The notes under the pieces are model-generated. The model did not search any database. It was not told the origin of the DNA and saw only the letters and a list, made by a program, of their open reading frames with translations. Shown one piece after another: positions 62,379 through 64,000 of a stretch of DNA of 64,000 bases. This DNA comes from Macrostomum lignano (lineage: Eukaryota). Made by a program: the position numbers and the translations under genes. Location of the stretch: positions 168,242-232,241 of the forward strand of contig NIVC01001838.1 in NCBI GenBank assembly GCA_002269645.1, given 5' to 3'. The stretch's first letter is position 1; the number at the start of each line of letters is the position of its first letter.

Positions 62379-64000
62379 GTGAGGCCGGATTGAATGATTT
62401 CATTATTTGTTGTCATCTTTCATCTCACCAAAGCAGGCTGCGTGCCCGGGCTCACTAGAGAAGTGTAGATCGAAGGATGAGAAGGGAATACAAGAATTCA
62501 ATCTGTTAACAGAAACTTTTGAGCACAAGGATTCTGATTCAGAGCTTAGTTTTTATAGAAACAGAGTACCCGGTGTCCTTAATAATTACAGCTGTAGTGG
62601 TTGTTGTCGCGGTTCAGCAAGTTTTAGTCACTTCACATCTGTCTTAAAAAAGGTTTCCGAGGACGCCGTCAATTGAACAAAGTCAATGTCAAAGTCAAAG
62701 TCAATAACAAAGTCAACATTCGCTCCCAAAGTCCCTTACAACTGAGATATATCATTAGTGTCTGGTCCCTGTCAGAGGCGTCGCCATGGATTTTATGGTG
62801 GAGGGGACAAAGCCAGGAATTCTACATGTACATGTACATTATTCTCAGAATCGGTGGTGTTTTCATAATTCTAGATTTTTTAAATCTGATATGGTACCTG
62901 ACTGACTTTTTGCATGTTTCTAATTAATTGTGCTTGTTTTTTCAATCAAGTCAAAATGATTATTTATACTAGTTGCTAGAGCTTTGCTATTGAAAATTCA
63001 GATCGCGCAGTGAATATAGAGTTCTCTGCTCTGTTCCTCGTGTCAAATCAGAAATCACCGATGTATCGCTTCCTGTTGAAAATAATTGATGTTATTGTAC
63101 TTATACACACAATTGGTCTGATGCTGCTGCGTCCGCATTCACAATAAATATACTCAATTGTTTGTTTTGATTTCATATTGTTTAATTGAAAACCGATCGA
63201 TTGATTTAATAATCTATAAATTATATAAATGTGTAACTTTTTAGCTTTTCAGAAAAGGGAACTAATCATCAGGCTCTATAAATGTACGAGCTATATCAAC
63301 GGCATCTCATTTTTCATTTATACATATTATACAGTAAACACGAATTAAGCTATTTAACCTGTAATTGAGATGTGGACTAAAGTCAGCTCCGCCCATAAAC
63401 AGTCAAATGAAGACGACTTCCAATATCATTTTAATTAACTATCGACATCATTAGTAATACAAATCTACTCAAGCTCTGATACGTATACCAATAATACCAT
63501 TATGATGGCATGCATATGTTGCAAACCGATGTACAGCTCAAGGTAGCCGACCAGCTCATTAATTTATTTTAGCGAGTTAATTCCAAAATATATATATTGT
63601 CTAAATATATATAGACAAAATATATTTGTTTTCAATTTAAAAATACTTTACCGGAGCTCAGATAGTATTGTATAGGGCCAAGGGGTCTCCAGATTTTGAA
63701 TTTGTTAGAATTTGATTGTTGCACATGAATAAAATTTAAATATAAAGTAAATAAATTTGACTATAGATCCGAGTACGTTCTGCGCAAGTTTTTGCTTTTC
63801 ACTGTGTTAATAGGGCTATTCATTCTTTCTTAGAACAATACCCGATGTGGTCACCAATGCTGTTACATGCACTTACACTATACAGCAATCGTTTATATTT
63901 ATAATATCTTAACTTCTTAAGAGCTTTCGACGTTGGTTGATATATAAGTTATGTATAAGTTATAACTACACGATTACATTAGCCTTGAACTTGGCTATTT

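Overview
Eukaryotic (metazoan) genomic DNA with spliceosomal GT-AG introns. GC-rich exons with poly-Gly/Ala runs and introns packed with tandem repeats resemble the free-living flatworm Macrostomum lignano; this is an inference, not proven. Eight protein-coding loci were reconstructed by hand: RFC2 (+), a small amidated neuropeptide precursor (+), an sFRP1/2/5-type Wnt antagonist with a long basic tail (+), an alpha1-adrenergic-like aminergic GPCR (+), an unrecognised ~259-aa orphan ORF (-), an HCN/Ih channel (-, 9 coding exons), WDR1/AIP1 (+, 6 exons) and ETHE1 (+, 2 exons). Most long introns carry their own unrelated mini- or microsatellite, and these explain almost all long ORFs in the ORF track. 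The window also holds hAT MITEs with 8-bp TSDs, a 1.96-kb CCCG-TIR element, an inverted MITE pair, tRNA-derived SINEs (one with a CORE domain), and mariner and RTE relics. Highlights: (1) the GPCR keeps the vertebrate alpha1-adrenoceptor TM6 intron position and phase; (2) that intron appears duplicated head-to-tail with the splice junction erased; (3) the HCN filter reads SIGYG instead of CIGYG; (4) a 3' splice acceptor sits just upstream of every start codon, compatible with SL trans-splicing. Four loci are frameshifted. Three are repaired by adding one base to a homopolymer, so they are probably assembly errors. No CRISPR or prokaryotic system is present.
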